A stretch of 64,000 nt of DNA. Source: Escherichia phage 121Q. Positions 9,871-19,738 of the stretch are shown here, piece after piece; positions within the stretch are counted from its first letter, which is position 1; every line of letters begins with the position of its first letter. Both the position numbers and the translations under genes were made by a program. Where the stretch lies: sequence record NC_025447.1. One strand, written 5' to 3'. The notes below the pieces were generated by a model, which did not search any database, had not been told where the DNA came from, and saw nothing but the letters and a program-made list of their open reading frames with translations.

Positions 9871-10235
9871 AAAAAGAAATTAGAATCCAATTCGGTATGA
9901 GGAAAAAAGAGGTCATCTGTACACTGAATCATGCGGACGTGGAAATGGGTGGTGCATTACAAAAATTCTCACATTTTGTTCTTGTACTATATGAAAATGG
10001 GTCTTTTAAAATCTTCACATATGATGATTCAAAAAATTACCGTAATGATTTTGTAAATCTTACAGTACTGTCAGAAGAGGAATTCTTTCAGGAAAGTACT
10101 GTCTGGAATTTACAAGGAGCACCAATTGAATACGTCCGTGCTACACAGGTAGAGATGATCAAAACAATGCAGAACTATCCAGAAGATTATATGACTAAGT
10201 TTCATGAATCTTTTAATGTAGAGGTTGAGTACTGA
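9867..10235 (+). CDS. FQxS-core family protein
   Basis: core SEEEFFQESTVWN. Confidence 0.6.
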   Translation: MKKEIRIQFGMRKKEVICTLNHADVEMGGALQKFSHFVLVLYENGSFKIFTYDDSKNYRNDFVNLTVLSEEEFFQESTVWNLQGAPIEYVRATQVEMIKTMQNYPEDYMTKFHESFNVEVEY

Positions 10236-10591
10236 TGGAATTTGATTTTTTAATATCAGTACATTCTTTTAAGCACAGTTTTCAGTACTTTTGTAATTTA
10301 AACAAAGGTGATTTAATGCACAGTGCGAATGAGTATATTCATTTTACTGATGGTAAATTCTCATTTATTGATTACAGTTCATTAGATTTTCCATACACTG
10401 ATATGCCGGACTATACATTGATGGATGCTGGTGAACTATTTCAAGCTGCATTAGTATTTGACAAGAAGTACATCTGTACATTTGAAGAAGTAATTACTAT
10501 ACAAAATGAAATGAAGGTGTATGCATCGTTGAATAAACCTAATGAATGTATTAATCAAGAATACAAATTCAATATAGGAATTCCAAAATGA
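10235..10591 (+). CDS. FQxS-core family protein
   Basis: core DAGELFQAALVFDKKYICTFEE. Confidence 0.6.
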   Translation: MEFDFLISVHSFKHSFQYFCNLNKGDLMHSANEYIHFTDGKFSFIDYSSLDFPYTDMPDYTLMDAGELFQAALVFDKKYICTFEEVITIQNEMKVYASLNKPNECINQEYKFNIGIPK

Positions 10592-10947
10592 CATATGATT
10601 ATTCTATGTACTATTATAAGTTACCTAAAGGATGGGACTTGTGCTGTAATCTTATTAAGGGAGACTCGGAACATGAGTTGAGTTTATATATGCACTACAA
10701 AGATTCTTGTTTTAAATTTATTCATGTATTACATGATGGCTATGACTATGAATCTGAGAGTCTTATAGATTATACAGTACTGGACGATGGTGAACTATTT
10801 CAGGAAGCATTAGTGTTTGATAAGAATAAGTACTCCTGTACATTTGAAGAAATGGTTTCTTTGCAAAATGAAATGAAGAGATTTGAAAAAGAAAACGTAT
10901 TTAATCCATCCCCATCAAGAACGAATAATTATTATTTCAATATATGA
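10588..10947 (+). CDS. FQxS-core family protein
   Basis: core DDGELFQEALVFDKNKYSCTFEE. Confidence 0.6.
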   Translation: MTYDYSMYYYKLPKGWDLCCNLIKGDSEHELSLYMHYKDSCFKFIHVLHDGYDYESESLIDYTVLDDGELFQEALVFDKNKYSCTFEEMVSLQNEMKRFEKENVFNPSPSRTNNYYFNI

Positions 10948-10956
10948 GATTATAAA

Positions 10957-11451
10957 ATGACATTACAGAGTTCATTGGAAAAAGCAAAGAAGATTCATGA
11001 GTACATGAATATGGTAAAAGAAGGTTCAGTTTACGGTGTTTTCAAAGACACAAGTACTCAATATTATGTGCCAGATAACCTCCTTTATAATGACTGCTCA
11101 GATACAGAAACGTGCGTACTGGATACAGAAACGTGTGTACTGGATACCGACCCTAATGATTATGAATGTTTCATTGATATGCATAATGAGTACATGGTCT
11201 ATATTAATGATGCAGATATTACCATATACAGTACTGACTGCGATTCCGATGACATTATAATTCCGAGTGAAGTACTAGAAGGTCAGTGGGATAGTGAAGA
11301 GTATTACTTCCAACAAAGTACTGTTTACGATGATGAAGTACTTGATGTTATTATAATTATGTGGTACTTTAAAAGTATTGGTTCTGGGAACTTCTATTTC
11401 GATTACAAATACGTAAAGAAAACTGTAGATAACGGTATTAACAGGTGTTGA
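10957..11451 (+). CDS. FQxS-core family protein (tandem subfamily copy 1)
   Basis: N-terminus MTLQSSLEKAKKIHEYM and C-terminus SEEYYFQQSTVYDDEVLDVIIIMWYFKS; contains in-frame 21-bp tandem repeat. Confidence 0.65.
   Translation: MTLQSSLEKAKKIHEYMNMVKEGSVYGVFKDTSTQYYVPDNLLYNDCSDTETCVLDTETCVLDTDPNDYECFIDMHNEYMVYINDADITIYSTDCDSDDIIIPSEVLEGQWDSEEYYFQQSTVYDDEVLDVIIIMWYFKSIGSGNFYFDYKYVKKTVDNGINRC
11101..11142 (+). repeat. 2 x 21-bp tandem direct repeat inside a CDS
   Basis: gatacagaaacgtg[c/t]gtactg twice, encoding DTETCVL DTETCVL. Confidence 0.7.
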
Positions 11452-11452
11452 A

Positions 11453-11923
11453 ATGAGTTTAGAAAGAGCATTAGAGATTGCGAAGTTAATTGATTTATGC
11501 AGCAAAGAAATTGTATCAAATTGTCTCAATGGATATCTATTCAAGGAAGGTAAATCATATTGTCGAATGATATACGATGACAGTAGTGAATATATCCATA
11601 TGTATGAAGAAAACTTAGATTCTTCTGAAACAACACTCAATGGGTGTGATGTTAATTTGGAAGATAATTACATGTACTTCTGTCGTGATGCTGATATTTT
11701 AATACAAGATTCTGACATTCTAACTGGTGGTGAAGAGAAACATCTTCCGTATTCAGTACTGGATAATAACTGGGGTAGTGAAGATTACTATTTCCAGCAG
11801 AGTACTATATATAATGAAGATATACTTGACAAACTTGTTATTTCTTGGTACTTTCATAACACGGATTATAGTAGCTTCTACATAGACTTGGATCTACTAA
11901 GAGTACTTAAAGAGGATATATGA
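11453..11923 (+). CDS. FQxS-core family protein (tandem subfamily copy 2)
   Basis: core SEDYYFQQSTIYNEDILDKLVISWYF. Confidence 0.65.
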   Translation: MSLERALEIAKLIDLCSKEIVSNCLNGYLFKEGKSYCRMIYDDSSEYIHMYEENLDSSETTLNGCDVNLEDNYMYFCRDADILIQDSDILTGGEEKHLPYSVLDNNWGSEDYYFQQSTIYNEDILDKLVISWYFHNTDYSSFYIDLDLLRVLKEDI

Positions 11924-12360
11924 GTTTAGAAAAAGCACTAGAACTAGCCAACAAAATACATCAGTACCATGATAAAATAAAAAGTGGGTTCTATGCTGAT
12001 AAAGTACATGCATATGGGAATGAATATTACCTCACTGGAGTAAAGAGATACTCTAATGATATTTTACTTATGGGTCATGATAAAGACAATAATATACAGT
12101 ACTCTTCATGTAGTCAATATACTAGTTTTATGGTATATATTCCTGGTACTAAGATTACTTTTGACACATCAAATACACCTGTTGACTTCGAGGTACTTGA
12201 TGGCCCGTGGGGTACTGAAGAGTATTACTTCCAACAGAGTCTCATTTTTAACCAAGAAATGCTTGATTCCTTGGTTGTGTTGTGGTACTTTAAGGAATTG
12301 AATTTTGAACCATTCTTTCTTGACTGGGGATCATGTGAGTATTTAATTTCAGGGGAATAA
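11920..12360 (+). CDS. FQxS-core family protein (tandem subfamily copy 3)
   Basis: core TEEYYFQQSLIFNQEMLDSLVVLWYF. Confidence 0.65.
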   Translation: MSLEKALELANKIHQYHDKIKSGFYADKVHAYGNEYYLTGVKRYSNDILLMGHDKDNNIQYSSCSQYTSFMVYIPGTKITFDTSNTPVDFEVLDGPWGTEEYYFQQSLIFNQEMLDSLVVLWYFKELNFEPFFLDWGSCEYLISGE

Positions 12361-12362
12361 TA

Positions 12363-12851
12363 ATGTCATTACAAAGTGCGTTGAAAGAAGCAAAGAAGAT
12401 TCATGAGTACATGATTATGGTACAGGAAGGTTCAGTACCAGGTGTATACAAAACATCAGATACGGAATTCTTCGTTAAGGATAGAGATGATTATGACGAT
12501 TCAGAGGTATGTGCAGAAACATTAGTACTGCACACTGATACTGGTGACAGTGATAACTGTGAATATCATATGTACAATCAGTACATTAGTTATTGCCGTA
12601 ATGAAGATATTACCATCTACAACACAGATAGTGATGCTGATGACACTATCATTCCTTATTCAGTTCTGGAAGGTCAGTGGGATAGTGAAGAATATTACTT
12701 CCAGAATAGTACTATCTACAATGAAGAAGAACTGGATGTTATTGTGATTATGTGGTATTTCAAAAGTATTGACTCCAGTAGTTTCTATTTTGATTATGAA
12801 TATGTAGAGAATACAGTAGGAGAAGGTAATGTCATTACAAAGTGCTCTTGA
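12363..12851 (+). CDS. FQxS-core family protein (tandem subfamily copy 4)
   Basis: N-terminus MSLQSALKEAKKIHEYM; core SEEYYFQNSTIYNEEELDVIVIMWYFKS. Confidence 0.65.
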   Translation: MSLQSALKEAKKIHEYMIMVQEGSVPGVYKTSDTEFFVKDRDDYDDSEVCAETLVLHTDTGDSDNCEYHMYNQYISYCRNEDITIYNTDSDADDTIIPYSVLEGQWDSEEYYFQNSTIYNEEELDVIVIMWYFKSIDSSSFYFDYEYVENTVGEGNVITKCS

Positions 12852-13281
12852 AAAAGCAAAAGAACTACATGGATACTTTGAAGATATAAAGGCCGGAAAG
12901 TTCAAAGAAGTGTACAAAGCCGAGAACGGTAACTACTACAAAGATGAAATGTATAATAACTCCGTTGGTGTAAGGGTTATTCTTGGGTTGAATTCCAATA
13001 GCCCAGTGTCGTATTCGGAATACAATAGAGATGCAGAATTCATTAGTTATGTTGAAAATGGTAGCATTCGTTTTATTAATAGACAAAAACCATTAACATT
13101 GAATTGTGAAGTACTGAATGGTCCGTGGAATAGTGAAGAGTATTACTTCCAAAACAGTACTGTATATGATGATGAAGTACTTGAAGCATTAGTTATTATG
13201 TGGTACTTCAAGAGTGTTAGCTGTCCTCGATTTTATTTGGATTTCGAAGATCTTCGTAAAGTACCAGAAGGTATAGAATGA
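12829..13281 (+). CDS. FQxS-core family protein (tandem subfamily copy 5)
   Basis: core SEEYYFQNSTVYDDEVLEALVIMWYFKS. Confidence 0.65.
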   Translation: MSLQSALEKAKELHGYFEDIKAGKFKEVYKAENGNYYKDEMYNNSVGVRVILGLNSNSPVSYSEYNRDAEFISYVENGSIRFINRQKPLTLNCEVLNGPWNSEEYYFQNSTVYDDEVLEALVIMWYFKSVSCPRFYLDFEDLRKVPEGIE

Positions 13282-13592
13282 AAAACTTATTCAGTGTTCA
13301 GTACGTTCCTGGTGAAATTGGTTTATTGTATCTATTTGACCATGATAATTCATTATTACTAGTAGTGAAGAAATGCCAAGCTAGTTCGTTTGTTGAATAC
13401 ATTCACGATAGTGAATACATTCCTGATTTCCTAGAGTGTGATTATCACGATGAACATGAATCATTTATTTTTCAGGAATCACTCGTATGGGATAAATCGA
13501 TCAACTTCTTTACGTTAATTGAATTACAAAAGCAGGTGAAGTATTATTGGGATTACTTAATTACACAGGATTACATTGAGATTGAAACATAA
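13278..13592 (+). CDS. FQxS-core family protein
   Basis: core HESFIFQESLVWD. Confidence 0.6.
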   Translation: MKNLFSVQYVPGEIGLLYLFDHDNSLLLVVKKCQASSFVEYIHDSEYIPDFLECDYHDEHESFIFQESLVWDKSINFFTLIELQKQVKYYWDYLITQDYIEIET

Positions 13593-13900
13593 TGACAAAA
13601 AATGAATTTGATTCACTTTGTACGGTTTATAATTCATTGACAGAAATACCTGACTTTATTAATTACATTTCAGCTTTAAATCAAATTATGAATAGTTTTG
13701 AACAATCGTTTGAAGAGAAATATGCAGGTAGAAAAGTTCTATGTCATATGTCAATGTACTTGGGAGATGGTGAGCCTTACACTACCAGTACTACATGTGA
13801 AATAAAAAAATATAATATATTATTGGGCACAATAGAATTCACAGTATCCAATGGTGGTAGTTATATGTACTTTAGAGATGGAGTGGTTGAATTATTATGA
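13592..13900 (+). CDS. KYxG-V family small protein
   Basis: 102 aa; EEKYAGRKVLCH motif shared with small proteins at 45-49 kb. Confidence 0.5.
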   Translation: MTKNEFDSLCTVYNSLTEIPDFINYISALNQIMNSFEQSFEEKYAGRKVLCHMSMYLGDGEPYTTSTTCEIKKYNILLGTIEFTVSNGGSYMYFRDGVVELL

Positions 13901-14346
13901 GTTACGAAAGTGCAATCAAGAAAGCAAATGATATTCTAAAAGTTGTTCAGTTCTTCAAAGAAAATCCTGAATACTTAGCTGATGAAAACCATGATCACGA
14001 TGAGAGATTGAGACGAAAAATTGTCGCTTTATTTGACACTAATGCGGATAATTATAGTCTAATTGAGTTAGCATACGATTATATTTCATTGAACCGAAAC
14101 GGACATTTAGTTAATATAGAAAGACATGCGAGTGAAGAATCTTTTAAAATTTCAGACATTTTATCCCTGAGTACTGAAGAAGGGTACTTCCAGGGTAGTA
14201 CTGTTTATGAACAAGGAACACTTGACAATCTATGCACATTCAGTGTAATATATCAGAAATCAGTACTGGATGTATTTTATCTTGACACTGCTGAACTGGA
14301 TACACTAATCAATTTTGTTACTACTGAAGAGGCCACATTTGAGTGA
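13897..14346 (+). CDS. FQxS-core family protein
   Basis: core TEEGYFQGSTVYE. Confidence 0.6.
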   Translation: MSYESAIKKANDILKVVQFFKENPEYLADENHDHDERLRRKIVALFDTNADNYSLIELAYDYISLNRNGHLVNIERHASEESFKISDILSLSTEEGYFQGSTVYEQGTLDNLCTFSVIYQKSVLDVFYLDTAELDTLINFVTTEEATFE

Positions 14347-14879
14347 TGAAAGTTAACATCAATGACTTTGATGCATTACAAGATTTATCAAAAAAGATTC
14401 GCATAATCGTACCAGTACTCAAAAAATGCAGTACTGGTTTAATTGATCCTAGTACTGTTGTTAATGAGAAGTACAATTTTCATCGTGTATTACAGGGTAC
14501 AGGTGCATTTCAGAAGTGTGATGTACGTGAGAAACACGTAATTGATACATCATTGTTTTCTATTGGTGCACCTGTGTCGAATAATTCTATTTTCCTGGAT
14601 AACGCAGGAAATATTCAACAATTAACATTTAAGAAAAGGAAAAAGAACAATAACATTGGTGTGTACGCGATGAAGTGGGGTCAACCTGATTTGAAGCGTG
14701 AAATTCACATCCCTAAGTACAATTACAATGCATTTGACGAACAGTGTTTTCAACTATCGTGTACTGACCCTGACTATGCAATCATTCAGTTCTATATGGA
14801 ATTGCAGATAGCATTTAACAGTAATTTATATATTAACTTGTTGGCAATGAACATCGATGAAGTATTCAAAAACATTTAA
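14343..14879 (+). CDS. FQxS-core family protein (divergent)
   Basis: core DEQCFQLSCTDPD. Confidence 0.5.
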   Translation: MMKVNINDFDALQDLSKKIRIIVPVLKKCSTGLIDPSTVVNEKYNFHRVLQGTGAFQKCDVREKHVIDTSLFSIGAPVSNNSIFLDNAGNIQQLTFKKRKKNNNIGVYAMKWGQPDLKREIHIPKYNYNAFDEQCFQLSCTDPDYAIIQFYMELQIAFNSNLYINLLAMNIDEVFKNI

Positions 14880-15075
14880 TCGAATTGAATACATGAGAAC
14901 TGTGAGTGCAGTGTGGGACATATGGTTCACTACTAAACCAAAAATGGATTACCATGACTTTAAGCTCTTGTTCTTCGTTGGCTCTAACAAACAGGATGTT
15001 GCAATGAAGGGTTATATTCAGCACTTACAGGAACTAATACAGAAGAGGGTTAATGAAAATAATAGACCAAGATGA
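14857..15075 (+). CDS. LGT-QE family small protein
   Basis: core LFFVGSNKQDVAMKGYIQHL. Confidence 0.55.
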   Translation: MKYSKTFNRIEYMRTVSAVWDIWFTTKPKMDYHDFKLLFFVGSNKQDVAMKGYIQHLQELIQKRVNENNRPR

Positions 15076-15244
15076 TATTGCTAAACTATTCAATATATAT
15101 TCTACTAGAATGATGCAAACAGACTCATATAGTACTGAATTCAAAGAGTTGAAAGTACTGATGTACTTGGGAACCCAATATCAGGAACAAGTTATTTTGG
15201 AATATATTAATTCGTTGAAGAAGGATATCCGTTATGTACGATGA
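15053..15244 (+). CDS. LGT-QE family small protein
   Basis: core LMYLGTQYQEQVILEYINSL. Confidence 0.6.
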   Translation: MKIIDQDDIAKLFNIYSTRMMQTDSYSTEFKELKVLMYLGTQYQEQVILEYINSLKKDIRYVR

Positions 15245-15794
15245 TTTAGATCTTGCGTTTGAACGTATGGTAATTTTAATGCAATGTGCAGAAATGCATG
15301 AAACAATCCGTCGCACCAAAGGGATTGAATATACAAGTAAACTATTCTCATACGAAAGTCGTCGAGGGATGGATCATTTTTACTGCACTGATTGTTCAAA
15401 GTTTTCAGTACTGAAATATTATCATCCTACTGTTTCCAATAATAGTTTAATATCCACATATGACGGTGATCTGTTTAGTGTAATGTATGACACATTACAT
15501 CCATCAATTTCAATCTATAAAGATTGCGATAGTAGTTTATCGTATATAATTGAAGATTACTTATCTCCTAATACTGAAGAGAATATTTTTCAGAACAGTG
15601 TGTTGCATGATGAATTAAGTATAAAATGCATCTATATGTTCAATAAGTTAAAAGAGTACGCCGATAATAATTACTTCATTGATGATTTAGCGGTATTGTC
15701 TGTTTCCGTTTTTAATACAAATGATATTGATATGAAATACTATAATGAGATTTGTAAAGTACATCATATGTATAAGGAACTATTATGTCAATAA
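15234..15794 (+). CDS. FQxS-core family protein
   Basis: core TEENIFQNSVLHD. Confidence 0.6.
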   Translation: MYDDLDLAFERMVILMQCAEMHETIRRTKGIEYTSKLFSYESRRGMDHFYCTDCSKFSVLKYYHPTVSNNSLISTYDGDLFSVMYDTLHPSISIYKDCDSSLSYIIEDYLSPNTEENIFQNSVLHDELSIKCIYMFNKLKEYADNNYFIDDLAVLSVSVFNTNDIDMKYYNEICKVHHMYKELLCQ

Positions 15795-16387
15795 ATGCAA
15801 ATAAATGTTGTAGTGCAGATGTGCATTTGTTTTTTAAGAAATTAGCAAATGATATTATATATATGCAGGAAATGATTTATCACAAACGAGCGGATTTAGA
15901 AAAAGCATTAGTACAGTTCTCATTTATGCTTGATGGTGATATATTTCTAGAGAGTGATGCATTGCAAATAGTATTAGACAAAAATGCTAAAAGATTTTTA
16001 TTTCATATAGATAATAAATTATGTTCCTCCGTATGTCGTACTTTTTATAATCGTGATTCGGACTTATATCAATTCCTTTATTCTAAAGGTGCAGTAGAAG
16101 CATCATATGGTGATGGTTATGCCCTAGGAAAGAGTATTCCATTTATGAAATCATTTAAAATAGAACACATCAGTACTGATGAAGATGCAATGTTCACAAA
16201 TGATATAACTATGGGACGTGAAGATGCAATGCGATATATTACAAATTCTATGCATACATTCTTTCAACGAACAGAATTTGATAATGTATATATATCAAAT
16301 GTAAATATTTTCAATGACCTGTGTCAGTACTTGAGAAGTGTTTGTAATTTCGATGAAAGCTATTGTAAGCTATATACTGAGGTATAA
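15785..16387 (+). CDS. hypothetical protein (possible divergent FQxS member)
   Basis: 200 aa ORF; only a weak HTFFQRTEFD match to the family core. Confidence 0.45.
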   Translation: MSINANKCCSADVHLFFKKLANDIIYMQEMIYHKRADLEKALVQFSFMLDGDIFLESDALQIVLDKNAKRFLFHIDNKLCSSVCRTFYNRDSDLYQFLYSKGAVEASYGDGYALGKSIPFMKSFKIEHISTDEDAMFTNDITMGREDAMRYITNSMHTFFQRTEFDNVYISNVNIFNDLCQYLRSVCNFDESYCKLYTEV

Positions 16388-16392
16388 AACAA

Positions 16393-16755
16393 ATGAACAC
16401 ATTAAGTATTACATACTATACAACTAAAAAATTAGTTACTTGTTTAATATCTTTGAAGACAAACCATGATGATATGTTTGATATGGCTGCATATGAATTA
16501 GAATTATCAGAAGATGGCTTCAAGAGCTATGAAGTATATAGCTATGTCCGTGAAGATGTAATTGACACTACACTAATGCAAGAGGATGAGTTATTCCAAG
16601 AAAGTTTAGTATGGGATAATAAGTACGATTGTAACTTTGATTTCTTATGTTTAATCCAGAAAGAAATGAAAAGAATCTTTGATAATTATCCAATCAAACG
16701 TTTCAGTACTGCACCTGAGCAATATAAAAGGATTATATTCACCTATGAAGATTGA
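16393..16755 (+). CDS. FQxS-core family protein
   Basis: core QEDELFQESLVWD. Confidence 0.6.
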   Translation: MNTLSITYYTTKKLVTCLISLKTNHDDMFDMAAYELELSEDGFKSYEVYSYVREDVIDTTLMQEDELFQESLVWDNKYDCNFDFLCLIQKEMKRIFDNYPIKRFSTAPEQYKRIIFTYED

Positions 16756-17122
16756 ATTTGAAGTTATTACATATAGTATAGGTGATGGTATCCGTTGCTA
16801 TGTACAAGCAAGGCATATGGTTCCTGATGATAAACTGTCACCCAAAAGCTTCTGTATCACACAAGATCTCTTAGATATCAACGGAGAGTACAAGTACATA
16901 TATTATCTTACTAAGGGTTATTGTAGTACACGTGGTTTTAATATTGTAGCTGTTTCTAGAGATGAAATTGATGATTTAACTGAGTACGGGGAAGAAGAGA
17001 TGTTCCAGTACAGTACTGTTTTTAATGAACTGGATGTGTTTCTGTTACGAAAAATACAACACATTATGCAAGAATGTTTGCATCATAAGAGAGGTATGGT
17101 ATGCGACGTGAATCTGAATTAG
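16745..17122 (+). CDS. FQxS-core family protein
   Basis: ATG at 16745 overlapping upstream stop; core GEEEMFQYSTVFN. Confidence 0.6.
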   Translation: MKIEFEVITYSIGDGIRCYVQARHMVPDDKLSPKSFCITQDLLDINGEYKYIYYLTKGYCSTRGFNIVAVSRDEIDDLTEYGEEEMFQYSTVFNELDVFLLRKIQHIMQECLHHKRGMVCDVNLN

Positions 17123-17442
17123 TTAAAGTAATGTACGCTACTCATATTAAACTACTACTTGTTAAATTTGATTATAATAAAAAACATAATGATTTCTATA
17201 CTTTAATTCGTGATGAAAATACATTCTCCTTGCGATGCAACAATATACCCTTGAAGATAAATGATTTTACTTCACTTGACGAGGGGGAATTATTTCAAGA
17301 ATCATTAGTTTTTAATAGTAATATAAAAATTGATATAGAAGTTATTAAAAAATACCAGATTCTATTGAACAAAATTATGAATTGTTATCCATGTGAAATA
17401 GGTGGTCATATGCAGTTCAAATCAAAAATGTATGAATTATGA
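17101..17442 (+). CDS. FQxS-core family protein
   Basis: core DEGELFQESLVFN. Confidence 0.6.
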   Translation: MRRESELVKVMYATHIKLLLVKFDYNKKHNDFYTLIRDENTFSLRCNNIPLKINDFTSLDEGELFQESLVFNSNIKIDIEVIKKYQILLNKIMNCYPCEIGGHMQFKSKMYEL

Positions 17443-17449
17443 GGTTTAT

Positions 17450-17986
17450 ATGTTAGATAAAAAAATGAACTCTGGAACCCAATATAATCATCTTAAGTTG
17501 GATACATTCGAATCAGCTATCAGTACAGCACAAGATATAATTGATATTATCAAGTTCATTAAAGAAGATAAGTTCAAATGTTTGAAAATACTAAATCGTT
17601 CAATGTACCGTGATAAAAATATTCATGTATCAGTACGTAGACCGAAAGATCAAGAAAGTGGGAGAGATTTCTATAACAACAGTGAGCAGTTCGAATGTGA
17701 ATATGATCCAGAATTTAGAGGTGGTTTCATGTGTTACTGTATGAAGGATACCTCACACATTGAGATACGTTCATCGAAAGGTGGCATACGTACATTAGAG
17801 TTTATTGATATAGTTTTAAATCAGGAATACTACTTTCAACTATCATTATTGTTTCCTGCATACGATTTAGGAGTTCTATTCATGTATAAGTACTTTCATG
17901 AGCACTGGAATGAAGACTTCTATCTGGACTTAGAAGATTACCAATTAGTTTGGAAAGAAATGGTAGAACTTCGCAACCCATCTTGA
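17450..17986 (+). CDS. FQxS-core family protein
   Basis: ATG at 17450 after GAGG; core NQEYYFQLSLLFP. Confidence 0.6.
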   Translation: MLDKKMNSGTQYNHLKLDTFESAISTAQDIIDIIKFIKEDKFKCLKILNRSMYRDKNIHVSVRRPKDQESGRDFYNNSEQFECEYDPEFRGGFMCYCMKDTSHIEIRSSKGGIRTLEFIDIVLNQEYYFQLSLLFPAYDLGVLFMYKYFHEHWNEDFYLDLEDYQLVWKEMVELRNPS

Positions 17987-18012
17987 CACCCTCCGATTCT
18001 TTGTGATATAAT
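17983..18012 (+). promoter_or_regulatory. sigma70-like promoter with extended -10
   Basis: TTGACA, 18 nt, TGaTATAAT; sits in the gap before the 18046 gene. Confidence 0.55.
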
Positions 18013-18045
18013 CTCTTTATATTAATTGTAAAGGGTTATATCACA

Positions 18046-18522
18046 ATGTCCAAAGACCTATCATTTAGCAATGCACAAAAAATAGCAAAAGACATTATCA
18101 GGGTTTATAAATTCCTTACAAATGTTACTGAAGATTTTTCCGTGGGCAAACATACAGTCAAAAAACGAAATGGATACCTTTCCTTTATGGATGGGTTACT
18201 CTATAGTTCAGATGAATCAACTTGTAGTATTAGAGTGCTTGATGAAGTACCAAGTGGTGATTTTATTTCATACCATTTCCCAAGTTCAGATAATTTCAAA
18301 TACTACAATCATCATCTTATAAATGAAGGATTTGATACGGCTGAAATTAACACTGAAGAAGAGTTCTTCCAGTACAGTACTGTGTATCCAGAGAGGATTG
18401 TTTTCAGTTCAGTGATTTACACTGCCCTTAAAAATGAACTAAATTCAGATAGTGATCATTTCTACTTGGACCTGAACAATCTCGATTGTATTATTGAGTA
18501 CCTGGAGAAAAATGGTTTATGA
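18046..18522 (+). CDS. FQxS-core family protein
   Basis: core TEEEFFQYSTVYP. Confidence 0.65.
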   Translation: MSKDLSFSNAQKIAKDIIRVYKFLTNVTEDFSVGKHTVKKRNGYLSFMDGLLYSSDESTCSIRVLDEVPSGDFISYHFPSSDNFKYYNHHLINEGFDTAEINTEEEFFQYSTVYPERIVFSSVIYTALKNELNSDSDHFYLDLNNLDCIIEYLEKNGL

Positions 18523-19013
18523 TTACTACAGAATATGATTACGATGGTGTTTTAGAATTTGCAGACAATATCTATCGCATTGCAAAGGAGTTCAGAAGTC
18601 CTGACCCATTTGGTGGTATGTTCGAATACGATGAGTTTAGTTCATCCAAAGGAAGACTTGCGTTTACTAATGAAAGAGGTAATCAAATCTATGCCGAGTA
18701 CTTTGATGACAATGACTTTCATTACAAAGCCGGATACATTTCATATTGCCCTGGGTCTGATTTGAAGATTAATATTGACAATTATAGAGAAGCAGTATTT
18801 GTTAAGTATGATGATTTAGTGTTCATGTCAGAGGAAATGTACTTTCAGGGTTCTTGTATTCATGATGTAAAAGTACTTAATGCTATGTTATTTTATGGTG
18901 CACTACTTCATCATTACAAATACAAACAACGATTCTTTTTAGATTTAGTAGTATACTATAAATGCGTGGATTATTTGAATGCAAAATACGACAACAATTC
19001 AGTACATGACTGA
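18519..19013 (+). CDS. FQxS-core family protein
   Basis: core SEEMYFQGSCIHD. Confidence 0.6.
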   Translation: MITTEYDYDGVLEFADNIYRIAKEFRSPDPFGGMFEYDEFSSSKGRLAFTNERGNQIYAEYFDDNDFHYKAGYISYCPGSDLKINIDNYREAVFVKYDDLVFMSEEMYFQGSCIHDVKVLNAMLFYGALLHHYKYKQRFFLDLVVYYKCVDYLNAKYDNNSVHD

Positions 19014-19341
19014 TGGTACTGAATACTTTGTTTCAAGATATGTAATCAGACACAATCATTATGTAACCTATATTCCAGAATACAATCAATTTTATATCCA
19101 GATTTATCAAGACAATGGAAAGATAAATGATATATATTCAGAAATAAAAATCCCTGATTATAGTACTTTATCAGAAGAGGAATTGTTTCAGCAGAGCACT
19201 ATCAGTACTGAAGATGTGTACAAAATAATGGAATACCAGAAGGTACTTAAATATTTTCATGAAGTACAGGATATACAAATAGATATTCTTACTGCGTGGA
19301 GTTATATCACACACGAGGTAAATTATGTTCGAAATGATTAA
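19006..19341 (+). CDS. FQxS-core family protein
   Basis: ATG at 19006 overlapping upstream stop; core SEEELFQQSTIST. Confidence 0.55.
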   Translation: MTDGTEYFVSRYVIRHNHYVTYIPEYNQFYIQIYQDNGKINDIYSEIKIPDYSTLSEEELFQQSTISTEDVYKIMEYQKVLKYFHEVQDIQIDILTAWSYITHEVNYVRND

Positions 19342-19738
19342 AATTATGCAACGATGTGTTGTTGACCAACACGGGATATATGGATATCGTTTAAGTGCTC
19401 CTATTGACAAAAATAAAACAACCTATGTAAGCTATAATGCTGTACAAGGATTTGATATATTCATTAGTACTAATTATCAAATCAATCAAGCTAAAGATGT
19501 GTCTATAATGACCCCTGATGAGTTATTTCAGTACAGCTTAGTCTTTCCTTCATGTATCGATTTACAACGTCTAGGAGCGATACAGAAGGTTTTACGCGAA
19601 CATAAAGTACAACCCAATAAAGTCACACACATTCCAGAAACAATCTTCAAAACCATAGAAGTAGAAACTCCTGATTATATGTTAAGTGATGATGAGTACT
19701 ACGAGAAACACTTCCCTGGTAAAGTTTGGAGAGATTGA
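19325..19738 (+). CDS. FQxS-core family protein
   Basis: core TPDELFQYSLVFP. Confidence 0.6.
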   Translation: MFEMIKIMQRCVVDQHGIYGYRLSAPIDKNKTTYVSYNAVQGFDIFISTNYQINQAKDVSIMTPDELFQYSLVFPSCIDLQRLGAIQKVLREHKVQPNKVTHIPETIFKTIEVETPDYMLSDDEYYEKHFPGKVWRD

